DNA of 63,989 bases, the filler included, from Collodictyon triciliatum (taxonomy: Eukaryota), in NCBI GenBank assembly GCA_043381765.1. It is 27 parts of 27 records of this genome, joined end to end, with 100 filler letters (N's around TTAATTAATTAA, not from the genome) between each part and the next. Parts side by side here need not be neighbours in the genome. Positions count along the whole stretch, not along the records: positions 11,999 to 14,293 come from JBHJMP010009133.1; positions 14,394 to 16,687 come from JBHJMP010009134.1; positions 16,788 to 19,081 come from JBHJMP010009135.1; positions 19,182 to 21,474 come from JBHJMP010009136.1; positions 21,575 to 23,862 come from JBHJMP010009137.1; positions 23,963 to 26,250 come from JBHJMP010009138.1; 21 more parts are not named here. One strand, given 5' to 3'. The position numbers and the translations under genes were made by a program. Below the pieces are notes generated by a model. It worked only from the letters and a program-made list of their open reading frames with translations. It did no database searches and was not told where the DNA came from. Below, piece by piece: positions 12,245-25,801 of the stretch; position 1 is the first letter of the stretch, and each line of letters opens with the position of its first letter.

Positions 12245-13285
12245 GGTTGACGACTTTGCCAGCTTGGCCTTTTTTGTCCTTCTTTTTCGAACTGCGGGGT
12301 TTGGGCTTCTTGTCTTTCTTTGCAAGCTGCTTACGCAGGCGATACCCCCTCCAAAGAGCTTGAATCTTTTGTTATATTGATTAAAATTGGTTGAGGAAGA
12401 GTTATTCCCACCCAAAATGAGAGCATTTTTAGGGCGCCTATCCAAGAGCAACATATTGAGTAGAAGTTTTGTGTGTGTGCTTACTTTTGTTGCAGCCTGA
12501 TGCATTCTTTCGTACAGCTCAATGGCCTCCATACGGTCAAGTGCGGTTTGTCTTTCTCCTGCAAGTTTGGTGCTGATATCTTCGTACCTTCGGATTTGCA
12601 AAGAATTATTATTTATTATTTTTCTTAAAAAAATTGGACAGAAAATAGGGGAAAATAATGAAGATAAGAAAAAAGAGATTGAATGGTGATTTAAAATGAA
12701 TTATTGGAGTGAATTCATCACAGATAGGAAATGATTTGCATACTTTCTGGAGACGTCCTTGAGTTTGGAACTGTCTGTTGTGTGCAGGCCACGCAGATTC
12801 TCGAGATTCCCTTCCTTCTCCGAAGTATCTTTTTCATACTGACGAAATTGAAACCCAAGTTTTCAAACCATCAGCAGAAGAGACAGTTATTTAAATTCAG
12901 TCACGAGATATTTTCTCTCTTTTTTCATAACACAGAAAATTAACATTCCAAATCACAAACCTTCTCAGCCCATGAAGAAATCTTTGTGTTCATCTTTTCC
13001 TGTTTCTTTCTTAGAAAATCTTCTATTTGGTTATTGACTCGCGTTTCAAGTTCAACCTATGCAAAAAAAAATTGCTGTGTCTCAGTAATAGTTTTATAAA
13101 AAGTAACATATTGTCATTGAATAAAGGAAAAAATAAGTAGTAAGTGATCATGTTGGTAAGAAATGAAACTTCATTTTTATTTTCTTAAAACCTTCTTCTT
13201 CAGTTTCTCAAGCTCCTCCTCAAGATGGTCCTCTATCTGTCTGTGGCTCCTTTGTGCTGCACGGGCTTTGATGCAGTGTCATGTC

Positions 13286-13344
<59 letters not shown>

Positions 13345-14086
13345 TTGTTGTTGTTGTTGTTTTTTCTTGGTAAACGAGGATTAAAAAAATGTCAATCTAG
13401 CGTGCAAATAAAGCAAACACTGAGCCTGTGCCTCTTCCTTCATATATTTGGCATCACTTGCTGTCTTTCTCCTGAGCTATAAGTATCGGATGAATCCAAC
13501 AGGTACTATCCCCTCTGCGATTAAATACAAAGAGAAAACACAGACAGACTTCACATCAATAGAACAGCTGTCACCTCATGAAGTTCTTCCTTTAACTTTG
13601 CGATTTCCTCGTTTCTCTTGGTGACGTCTGATTCACGTCCTTTTTTCTACATAGTTTTTGACTAGATTAATGCTCGACATGGCATATACCTCATATGTAA
13701 TAATAATTTCAATGCCTGTCTGGTAGCACGATACCTCTTCTTGCAGTTCCTTTTGCAACTGTTTCACTGACGCACTGGCTTCTTTCTCTCTGTCCAGTTA
13801 CGATAAATACATAAGTAGTGCTCAAAATTTTAAGTATATTCGCCCTATCGCATCAAAAGGATCAATATTGTAACCCCTTACTTGTTGATTGTTTCCATTA
13901 GGTTTCTTTGGTCTTCCTTCTCCTCGTCCACATGATTCGCAAGTGCTGCATAGTGCATATCCTTCAATTCACGCAAAGTTTTGGAAAATAAGTTTTGCAA
14001 GCTAGATCTGCAGGTAAGAAGAAGGGATGGCCGAGTTAGTTAAGGAAAATCAGAAAAGCTCAAGCAGTTTTGAGAAGCGGACAGTA

Positions 14087-14185
<99 letters not shown>

Positions 14186-14240
14186 CAACTGAGTACCGTT
14201 CTGTCTGTATTTTCATCAAATTCTCTGCAATATTAGGATT
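12245..14240 (-). CDS. IQCG: Dynein regulatory complex subunit DRC9 / IQCG-like, partial, multi-exon
   Basis: Spliced EEELEKLKKKVELETRVNNQIEDFLRKKQEKMNTKISSWAEKYEKDT resembles IQCG EEIEKLRMK..EIEMFLRKEQQKL..WMEKYDKDT. It has a C-terminal IQ motif AATKIQALWRGYRLRK and a Lys-rich tail. Confidence 0.8.
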
Positions 14241-14551
14241 TTCCTTCAAGTTGCGACAAAGCACTTTTGTAGACTAAGTGATACCAAAATTAANNNNNNN
14301 NNNNNNNNNNNNNNNNNNNNNNNNNNNNNNNNNNNNNTTAATTAATTAANNNNNNNNNNNNNNNNNNNNNNNNNNNNNNNNNNNNNNNNNNNNCTAATAA
14401 TAATACTAATAATAATACTAATAATAATACTAATAATAATACTAATAATAATACTAATAATAATACTAATAATAATACTAATAATAATACTACTACTACT
14501 AATAATAATAATAATCTAAATTGCCTGTGTTGACTATTTAAATGTCTGTAC

Positions 14552-14633
14552 CAGTAAGTTGTCGGACGACCTCAGCTTCTACAAAGGACTCGGTCGGATC
14601 GGCCAGCCACAAACGCGTTCCTTCCAGGGCCAT
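14552..14633 (-). CDS. First coding exon of a probable myosin heavy chain (N-terminal SH3-like domain)
   Basis: MALEGTRLWLADPTESFVEAEVVRQ followed by a GT donor; resembles the myosin V/XI motif G.RVW..DP.E.W..AEV. Confidence 0.55.
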
Positions 14634-14948
14634 CCTTGAATATTAACCGCTCAAATTAAATGAATAAATACATAATAATAATTTAATTAAGGATATACTT
14701 AAAGAGGATGCCAGTGAAGTACTGCTATTTATTCGAAAATAGCCAAAAGAATAGAAGAAAAATGAAGCGAGAGAAAAAAGAAAGACATCAAATAAAGAAT
14801 AATAGAAAAAGAAACAACAAAGCAAAACAAATAAAGTGGAACGGAATGAAATCAAAATTGGGACATAAAGCTTTTTTCTGGCCGCTTATCCATACGCCTC
14901 CCACTGCGAGTGAGGTTACTTAACCTCGTGACATACTTTGTCAGGTTC

Positions 14949-15023
<75 letters not shown>

Positions 15024-15528
15024 ACTTGGCGCTTCGGGCTTGTGTACAACACAACAACACACCCACGAAAAGACTTGATCCACATCATCTGCAAACGCGA
15101 GCAGAGCGATTGCCGCATGTGGAATGCTAATGTGGAGAATATAAACAGGCAATTATTTGGGCCCTTAAAACTATAAATTTACAAATCTAATGAAGAATAC
15201 ATATGAGGATTAGTGCCTTGATATATACATATATGTGTCTGTGGATGCCAATAAAGAAAAGGCTTGTGCGGTCTGTTACCTTGCGCTTTGGTGCTAACTC
15301 TGCGACTTTAGATAAATCAATAATCAAAAGAAAACACATCCAGAAGATATTCCAAAAACAAGGATTTATTAAAAATATCAAAACAATAACAGTAACAATA
15401 ACAGTAACAATAACAGTAACAAAAATAACAATAATAACAATAATAACAATAATAACAATAATAACAATAATAACAATAATAACAATAATAACAATAACAA
15501 TAATAATAATAACAATAATAATAATAAC

Positions 15529-15595
<67 letters not shown>

Positions 15596-15766
15596 TAGAG
15601 CGTTTAGTGGTGGTGTTTTTGTATATATTAGTTTTTCCATGATACAATTGCTGGAACGCTATTTCCTTCTCAAAAAAACAAAAACAAAACAAGAATCTAA
15701 CTTGGCAATGTATCATAAATAGGCTCCAGCTTATCTAGCTTCCATTTAATCCTTAGGGGAAACTAA

Positions 15767-16497
15767 TCACTCATCAGATTCATCACAGGAACTGTCATGG
15801 TAAATCTGGACAAAGGAGGACAGCCATTCAAGCCCTTCCAAAAGTCCAGTTCCGGCTGTGCCACACGAAGCCATAACTCGGCGATTTTTTTGAAGAACAT
15901 CTTCTAGATTCAAAGCCGTGGCCACTTCTTCGGGTGTCATCGCATTCGAAATATCCTTACAATATATAATTGAACCATCTTGAGAATTAATTAATACCAA
16001 AATTGACGCACACTTCATAGAGCAAGAGAACAAATAAGAAACAAAATTTTAATTACTTGCTTGTTGGCTAAAACTAGAACCGCAGCATCCTGAAGGCATG
16101 GTTCTCGGAGGATTTTATGGAATTCTTCCTTCGCTTCAGGGAGGCGGGGTTGATTGGCAGCATCAAGAACGAAGACAACTGCTTTCGTGACTGAAATATA
16201 CCTATTCCAAAGCGGGCGAAGCTAATGCATGTCTCTTTTTTTTAAAAACGTCCGATATGTTTAAGAGATAAACTTATGTACACAATGGAATATAGAAGTG
16301 CTTTTCCGATTAAAATACGGGGTCATGTTGAGGAATCATATTGAGGGGTCATACGATACAAGTAGTAAAAGCAGTCTTTTAATTGAATAAGAGAAGAAGA
16401 AAGAAAAAGTCATATCAGTACATACATTTTTCGAGCCTCCAATGTCCCATATCGTGAATTCAACGCCCTTATGACTGATGGTTTCAACATTAAATCC
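15767..16497 (-). CDS. Arf/Arl-family GTPase, 5'-partial, 3 exons
   Basis: GFNVETI, FTIWDIGG, LRPLW..Y, VFVLDA, LVLANKQD and GTGLLEGLEWL motifs. Confidence 0.9.
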
Positions 16498-16623
16498 TGC
16501 CAGAGTTAAAAAGTACCGAGTTTATGTCATAAAAAACCTATTAGCAGGAAAAGGGGAAAAAGGAGAAGAAAGAAAAGGAAAAGAAAGGAAAAGGAGACTA
16601 TTCAGAGAAAACAAAGAGGATAA

Positions 16624-16678
<55 letters not shown>

Positions 16679-16787
16679 AAAAAAAAANNNNNNNNNNNNN
16701 NNNNNNNNNNNNNNNNNNNNNNNNNNNNNNNTTAATTAATTAANNNNNNNNNNNNNNNNNNNNNNNNNNNNNNNNNNNNNNNNNNNN

Positions 16788-17478
16788 CCTTCCAAATCAC
16801 CGCTCTCTAATGCTTAGCATCACCAATAGGGAGCTATGAATGGGCACACGCGCGGCAAAAGCTGGCAAAGTCTCCCAACAATGCACGCTTTGAAGCAACG
16901 GTGATGAGTCCATTGAGCACCCATTTTTTACAATGTCCCTTCGCTCAAAACCTGCGCGAAACAGCTGGTGAGATTCTTCGGCCGACACTCAAGACGGCTG
17001 CGGCTGTTTGTCCAATCCAGGCGATGTTTGGGCCTCTGCAACTGCTGCGTCCAGAGGCAAAAACATTCTGGGCAGCGACGTGAGGCCATTTGCTATGGAC
17101 TGTGTGGATAGCGCGCATATACTCACGCAAAGCAAGACTCAACAACCAACCACCCATTCCTGATAACAGGCTGTATGATATCATTCAAATCTATTTTCTC
17201 ACCAGCTTTCTTCGCCACCTGCACGTTCTCTATTACTCAGACCCCGTGAGAAGAGACATGTGGAAAGAGGCTGAGAAAGATGTTAAACCTCGCCTTGTAT
17301 CTCTCATGCAAGCACAAGACCCAGGCTACAGGCCAAACCGCAGGATGCAATTCCTGATTACCGACTACTTCTCTGCCAACCAGCCAACAAGTAGCGTCCA
17401 TGCAAACGATGGCTATCGAACCAAAGCCAAAATCTTCACCATCCTGCACAAAATTGAAATTAAGAAGAAAAAAAAAAA
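16788..17478 (+). mobile_element. Decayed L1/Tx1-like LINE, 3' end (zf-RVT/CCHC domain, C-terminal extension, A-rich tail)
   Basis: CTL*SNGDESIEHPFLQCP zinc knuckle, LLWTVWIAR, in-frame TGA stops and an A-tail at 17462-17478. Homologous to the element at 60812-61997. Confidence 0.85.
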
Positions 17479-17814
17479 TGAACCCCGAATAAGTCATACG
17501 CCACATCGCGCATATTACAAAGTCTCACCTCCAAAAAGGAGAAGCAAGATACCCATCCACACAGAACGTTGAGCAGCGAGTACCCGGACAATGAGGGCGA
17601 CGATCAGCAAGCGAACAAAGACACAGAGCACTGCGACACAGAATGGGGCCTGGGTAGGAGACTCGGGTCGAGCTGAAGTAACCGCTCCATCTCGAAATCC
17701 CCACAGTATTAACAAATCTGCTGCTGTTCCTACTGCATACTACGGACCAGATGATGGTGGGCACCAAACAAGAATGAACTGGCAGCAGCAGCGCTGGGCA
17801 ACACACGGTTCAAA

Positions 17815-18640
17815 CTGTCGTGGTTCTTTTGCGTCGGTGTGAGCACCTATCTCGACACCCTGGGGACATGATGCAGGCATTGCGCGGCTGACGGGCGACT
17901 ACTTCCTCTGGCTGATTCCCGGGGTGTCGTGTCTCGTTGTGACCACGGTCCTGCAGGAGCACCAGCAGGTGCAAGGCTGTATGGCTCCCTGTCTGGCCCT
18001 GGGCCTTGCTGCCAACCTCCTCAACATCCTAGCAAACTATGCGCTCATCTGCACTGCGGAACTCGGGCTCACAGGCACAGCCATGGCGACGTCTCTGATG
18101 CGCACGATGCTCAGAGCGGGCTTTGCCTGGTGCGTGTGACAGACGGATGTATGTGGCAAGGCAGCAGCCGGAGCCATGGCTGTGCTGAAGGTGTCAAGCT
18201 TCCAAGGAGCCGCGATTCTGGCCGAGGCAGCGGGTGACATTGTTGCGCTGGATGCAAGTCATCCTCCTGACCGTCTACATCCTGCTCTACGTGGCGCTGG
18301 CCATCTGCGTGGCTGTCCTTGTTGGGCTTGTGCTGCTGTCCTTCGTTGCGACCTCAATCCATCTCGCACGTGCCTATGTGCATGCGGCCTTCACCAGCGA
18401 CAAACGGCCGCCATCATCCCAGTCGGCGCCCTCTTCCACATTGCTGATGAGCTGCAGGGCATCGCGGCCTGGGCCGTCACTGTCTGGTTGCTGTCTGGTA
18501 TCTTCTCGGCTACTCGCTCGTCACCATGTCTCTGGCGGAACTCCTGGCCTTACTCCTCCCTTTCCTGCCCGACCTTTGCATCGGCCTCGTCGGTATCTGG
18601 TGGGCACTCTTTGCCATCGCATTAGCCCCCACGGACAGGC
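17815..18640 (+). pseudogene. Frameshifted, internally deleted, intronless MATE (SLC47-like) transporter fragment
   Basis: GHDAGIARLTGDYFLWLIPG, ANLLNILANYALI..LGLTGTAMATS, LFHIADELQG and IGLVGIWW lie in different frames. Confidence 0.75.
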
Positions 18641-18997
18641 ACGCTTGCGCCCACGACGCCCCTACTTATCTCCTTCAGGACATCTGCAACAGTGCGCAGC
18701 TATCCGTCCCAATCAATGATTCTTTGGTAGGCGTAAAGTCGCAAAAATGGTGGGGTCTTCTATTCTCTTCTTCCTCCTCCTGCTCTGTTATTGATACCAA
18801 TACAAATATATGTTCCGGTCTGTGCTCTCTGGGGTCGATTATGGCTGAAAGGAGACAAAGTGCTCTATGGGTACAGGATTAAGTGGATGAGATGGTTTCT
18901 TAATAAATTAAGGTCTGGTATTCGCCCTCAGCTCTGTATGGCTCGGGTAGTGAAGGAAATAAATATAAATATAAAAATGATACATATATATACTTAA

Positions 18998-19081
18998 CTA
19001 GCTGTGGTACCCGTGCTCCGCACCGGGGAAAGAAAAAAATGAAAAAAATGAAAAAAATGAAAAAAATGAAAAAAATGAAAA
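18998..19081 (-). mobile_element. Helitron-like 3' terminus
   Basis: The minus strand reads CCCGGTGC-GGA-GCACGGG-TACCACAG-CTAG|T: a GC hairpin 8 nt before CTAG followed by T. Confidence 0.7.
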
Positions 19082-19181
19082 NNNNNNNNNNNNNNNNNNN
19101 NNNNNNNNNNNNNNNNNNNNNNNNNTTAATTAATTAANNNNNNNNNNNNNNNNNNNNNNNNNNNNNNNNNNNNNNNNNNNN

Positions 19182-19279
<98 letters not shown>

Positions 19280-19360
19280 AAATGTAAATAATCGTTTAAT
19301 TAAATAGTTCAGCCGTGCATAAATTTCATACAATGACTCTGAATAAAATAAGAGTAATCA

Positions 19361-20919
19361 CATCGGCAATTCCTGATTTCAAAGCCTCTGGTGATGCGAA
19401 CCAGACTGTCGCACCGATGAATATAGTAGAATAAAGAGACATAATCTGCTCGGCGATATGACTAAAATATATCATGAAAAAATAAGTATTTACAGATTTA
19501 ACTTCGAATTGAATAGAGGAAAAAGCATTTACAGTTTAAATTGTCATAAAATTTTAAATTATGGTTGCACTGTTTGATCAAATGAACAATCTAATCACAA
19601 ATATTTTTTTTAATGACGCTGGGAAGATATATTTCGTCAATATGCTGGGCACTGCTCAATACCTTAAAGGCAAGTAACTAACGACATTTTCATTCTCTCC
19701 GTGTCTATAAAGGGATATCATAGCCTTCACAGTCCATGTTATGTTTTTATGAGAAATCATGACACCTTTTGGATTTCCAGTGGTTCCTGATGTATAAATG
19801 AGAGAGCAAACATCATCCACCTCAAGTGTTCGAATTCTTTTTTGGAGCTCTTCATCAGAAACCTTGTTTAAAATTCAGTAAAGATTTGTTGGAGTGAAGT
19901 TACGCTTCTCAGAGAAAGTCCAAAGTTTGACTTTGATTCAAAACTCACCTTTTCTCCTTCTTTTATAAAATTGCTCCAGGTAATAGCCCAGTTTTCAGGG
20001 TCTGGGGTGTCGTTCATAACTATAATCCTTGTGATACTTTGGATTTTATGACGCCGAAGTCTAAACTTTGCCAGCTGTTTTAAATCTTCCACAAATACAA
20101 GCTGCAGAATAATAATATAGGATAATAAATATACTTAAAAAAAACACATTTTTTTGTAAAAAAATATTGCCTGAGAGTCAGAATGCGTCGTGATGTATTC
20201 GCATTGGTCAGGACTACTTGTTGTATATATACCGGACACTACTCCACCCACGTGGATTGCACCGAGGGCCGATAAAAACCACTCCGGTGAATTGAAACTG
20301 ATTATGGATATTCCCTTTCCTATCTCTAAACCACACGCAATCATCGCCTAGACAAGGCACATTTGCACATTGGTGAAAAAATAACTCGGCACAATTTTTT
20401 AATCAATGGTTCCAAATAACCTTCACATGCATGTACTACTTTATTTGATTGAAAATATTGATTTCATGTTTATTCATTCAAACTTTGATTTTTGGTTATA
20501 TAAAAAAGAGAATAACCTTTGCAGCTAGCATCACATCTTCGTAATAATTTGTGTAAGTCCATTTTTTCCATTCCCCTTCAACTTTTACACACAAAGCATA
20601 GACGGACGGATATCTAAGTAACCAAATATGTAATTGTGAAGATTTATTATAGTAATAGGCTCCTGTGATTCAGTAATTCTTATCATTATCACTTTTTTTT
20701 CCTTTATTCGATTCAAAGTCTTATCATTATCACTTAAATGCATACATATTTTAAAAATAGAGCGCAAATAATTACTTCTCTACTGTTTGGCGAAAAAACT
20801 GAGGTACAGTTAAACAGTCAGACTCAGAATATTGTGGACGCTGCGGTCTTGGAGGCATGCTATTGGCTGCTTCTGGTGTATTAAGCTTCTTTGGCCTTAC
20901 TTCCTTTTCTTCTTGTATC
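19361..20919 (-). CDS. Long-chain acyl-CoA synthetase (ACSBG/bubblegum-like), partial, multi-exon
   Basis: AMP-binding IYTSGTTGNPKGVMISHKN, SYLPLSHIAEQ, FNSPEWF and GIYTTSSP motifs. Confidence 0.92.
20678..20735 (-). mobile_element. Ultra-short retroposon insertion in an intron with a 17-bp TSD
   Basis: tcttatcattatcactt (20678-20694 and 20719-20735) flanks ttttttcctttattcgattcaaag. Confidence 0.85.
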
Positions 20920-21857
20920 TGTTGTATGAATAAAGACAGTCATTATTATTCAAACTTCAATTTTCGACCTTAGTCTATATAAAGAGTCAGTTTTTTCGAA
21001 AAAAAAATTGATAGGTTTAACGTCATTTTAATTATATCGCAATAGTATGTGAATTTCTTTGCATCATGAATACGAGAGGCCATCTCAATCAATTCTTGTG
21101 ATTGAGAAGACTTTGAGAATGTGACTTGATGTATTTATTATTTACAGCTGTTATACTCGATTGACTTTGCTATCATGTATTGCTTCGATAAACTTTGTGT
21201 ATTTTTTTTTAGGAAAAAATTTGTTTTTTTAATAGCACTAGCGAGGCTACTTACCATTCGCAACATAAATAGTTTGGTGCAAGAAAAATAAATGTAAAAA
21301 AAGCTTTATTTTAGTATATATAAATCGGAATTCTACATCACAGTCACCTAGAACAATCGACAGAGTAACTAATAGTTTTTTTTCTTTTTTTTCTTTTTTC
21401 TTTTTTCTTTTTTCTTTTTTCTTTTTTCTTTTTTCTTTTTTCTTTTTTCTTTTTTCTTTTTTCTTTTTTCTTTTNNNNNNNNNNNNNNNNNNNNNNNNNN
21501 NNNNNNNNNNNNNNNNNNTTAATTAATTAANNNNNNNNNNNNNNNNNNNNNNNNNNNNNNNNNNNNNNNNNNNNCTTCTTTTTCTTCTTTTTCTTCTTTT
21601 TCTTCTTTTTCTTCTTTTTCTTCTTTTTCTTCTTTTTCTTCTTTTTCTTCTTTTTCTTCTTTTTCTTCTTTTTCTTATGGAACCACATGCCACGTTGTTC
21701 ATGCTCGTGGGTAAACCCATAAAATATACAGGCCAAGGAAATAGAACATGATGGTTCCTCTCATTCCTCTGATTATATTTTTTTTTTTTTTGGTTTTTAT
21801 ATTTTCAACATCCAAAGAAAATTAAAAGATTTCTTTATCAACAGTCCTCTCTCATAA

Positions 21858-23496
<1,639 letters not shown>

Positions 23497-23962
23497 AAGA
23501 AAAAAATGAAATAAGATTAAAAGATCTCGGTAAGCCTTCAACCGCTCTAAGCTTGGGTGAGAAACCCTCAAACCACCAAATGAAGTTAAAGTGCAATGCA
23601 TTCTTAAGTGGGAGGCGCGTTTTATCCAAACCACTTGCAGGATGGACGAAGGAAATGAAGCCAAGATTATTTATTCTGGTTGGAGTTGTATGAAAAAAGC
23701 TCTCATGTGGTCATCCATGCTGTTCTCTTGCCCAAGCCGCCCAAGGTCTGTCAGGATGACACCTGTCAGTGCCGCTGACCCTCTCGAAAGCCATCTGACC
23801 CATGTGCAATGCACTATATTATTTTCTTTTTTTTTTCTTTTTTTTTTCTTTTTTTTTTCTTTNNNNNNNNNNNNNNNNNNNNNNNNNNNNNNNNNNNNNN
23901 NNNNNNTTAATTAATTAANNNNNNNNNNNNNNNNNNNNNNNNNNNNNNNNNNNNNNNNNNNN

Positions 23963-24260
23963 CTGGAGGAGGCGGCCGTCCAAGTGGAAGGAGCCTCCTG
24001 CGGCAAAGCGCTCGGCCGTCTCCCTGCGGGGGTACGCAAGGCCCAGGCCGCTCGACAGGTCGGATGCCAGCAGCACAACGCCCTCCGTGGCGCACTCGCG
24101 GATGCGGTGGACTTCGCACAGCTGCTCCAACAGACGCAGGCGTGTGGCATGCGTCAGTGTCTCAGTGTACTCGCCCACAAGGCGCACCACGCAGCCGGTT
24201 GGGTAGAGTCCCTTCTCCTGCAGCCCGCTGCTCGCTCCACCAGTCGCGTCCGGTAATGCT
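23963..24260 (-). mobile_element. GC-rich fragment of a probable LINE ORF1, second family
   Basis: CVVRLVG..L.HATR..Q..RECATEGVVLL..GLGLAYPRRETAERFAAGGSF aligns with the adjacent ORF at 24988-25404. Confidence 0.6.
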
Positions 24261-24299
24261 CGTAGACCACACTCTCGTCGTCAAGTTGAGGCTTGGTTG

Positions 24300-25430
24300 C
24301 CATTCGTGTGGTTTTTGTGCAAAACCAAAGGGCTTGGAGGCTAGCGATGTTTCCTCCACTTCGTTGAAGCCATTCCACGATTGATACTGCTTCCTCTGTG
24401 TTCATTGGCGAACTTGATGAAGCACTTTCGGCGAATCGACTGATGATTCGTCCACATTTTCGATACCCATTTCTCTGATTTTGGGGCCATTCATAAACCT
24501 TTTATTGATTGAGACTTCGAGCACTTCACCCGCGGGTTTCTTGTCACTATTTTCCCTCTGACGTTAGAAGACGACGCGTGTTGCCTTTGGCCTTGTTGAT
24601 GTGCTCTGGACTTGTTTTGCACAGACGATTCCTGCACATTTGGCCAGTCTTTAGCGCTAAAGCCGGCTGCTTTTGTGTTGGAGCCCAAGGTGTGTGGTGC
24701 CGTTTTGTTTCTTGGTGGTCGCTTTGTTTGGTAGTGACAGACTTGACAGTAGTTGTTTTTTTTGGCTGGCTTGACCTTTTGTGTCATTCCCTTCTTTGTT
24801 GGGGAGAGTTGATGGGATTTCAGACTCTTTGAGGGCGCGTATCTCCACGCGACAGCGTCTGCCATGAATGACGACAAAGGTAGGTATTTTCCCCATTTTT
24901 TCCTGTTCTTCGTCGAATGTAACGAGTGCATCATTCATGCATATTCCTCCAGGCTTTGTCCAGTTGACTTTGATTGGGGTGAAGTATTCACTGCAGCTTT
25001 GAAAATGTCGTTCTAGTGGACTCCAGCGGTATGTTAGACAGGTGCACAACCTTGGTGACAGTTTTTGCTGGCGTGTGGATGTATTGGTCATTAAGAAGCT
25101 GGAAAGACCCCTCTTTAATGAAGGCAGCTGCGTTTTCTTTTCTTGGGAAAGTGGTTCTGAGTCCGAGGGCAGGGTGGTCAACCATAAGAGTCACGTCCTT
25201 CTCGTAGCAATATCGGGCTTCCATTACAGCACGCATTTGCTTGCACATATTACTACGGTTTGCAAAAGAGAGAACAGGCCATTGCTTGCCTCGAAGGCGG
25301 ACAAAGCAGTGTTCGTCTTTAAAGAGTTCGTTCTCAATCGCACTTTTTAATCGCGGAACGTCAGCCACAAAAGATCGACCGAGAGGTTCTGTTTCCCGAT
25401 GCAAGCTGGACCGCGCAGGAGGCTGACTGG
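24300..25430 (-). mobile_element. Decayed probable L1/Tx1-like ORF1 (RRM-like domain plus basic tail), frameshifted
   Basis: KVVHLSNIPLE..., then in another frame KIPTFVVIHGRRCRV and CQVC. Intronless, with stops and frameshifts. Confidence 0.6.
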
Positions 25431-25801
25431 CGCTGTCGAAATCATGGTCTCGTATTTATTTTGCACTTTTTGACGGAACCATATGACTTTTTTTTTGCTG
25501 TCAATACATTCAGTCATTCAAAAATGAAAATATTAATAATATAATCTATACTTTACAGGATAGATTAATTAGCGCAATTTCTTAAAATGATGAAATATAT
25601 GTCTAACTATCACTTCGACGTTTTCATGGTTATTGTTAAATAATTCAATTGTATTTGCATAGACTTTACATATTCTTTCAAAAGTGGCCATCAAAGAGCC
25701 TTAATGACATTTTATTTCAGGAGTAAATGAATATTAAAAAAAAAATGGTTGAAAATGAGAGAACCGGCGAGCAAATGAGATTGCATGAAAAGAAAAAATA
25801 A

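Noticed and set aside
20604-20614. ATATCC on the minus strand as another U12 donor (also 8522 and 56728 on +)
   Set aside because: These are exonic (YP or DI codons) within genes fully explained by GT-AG introns.
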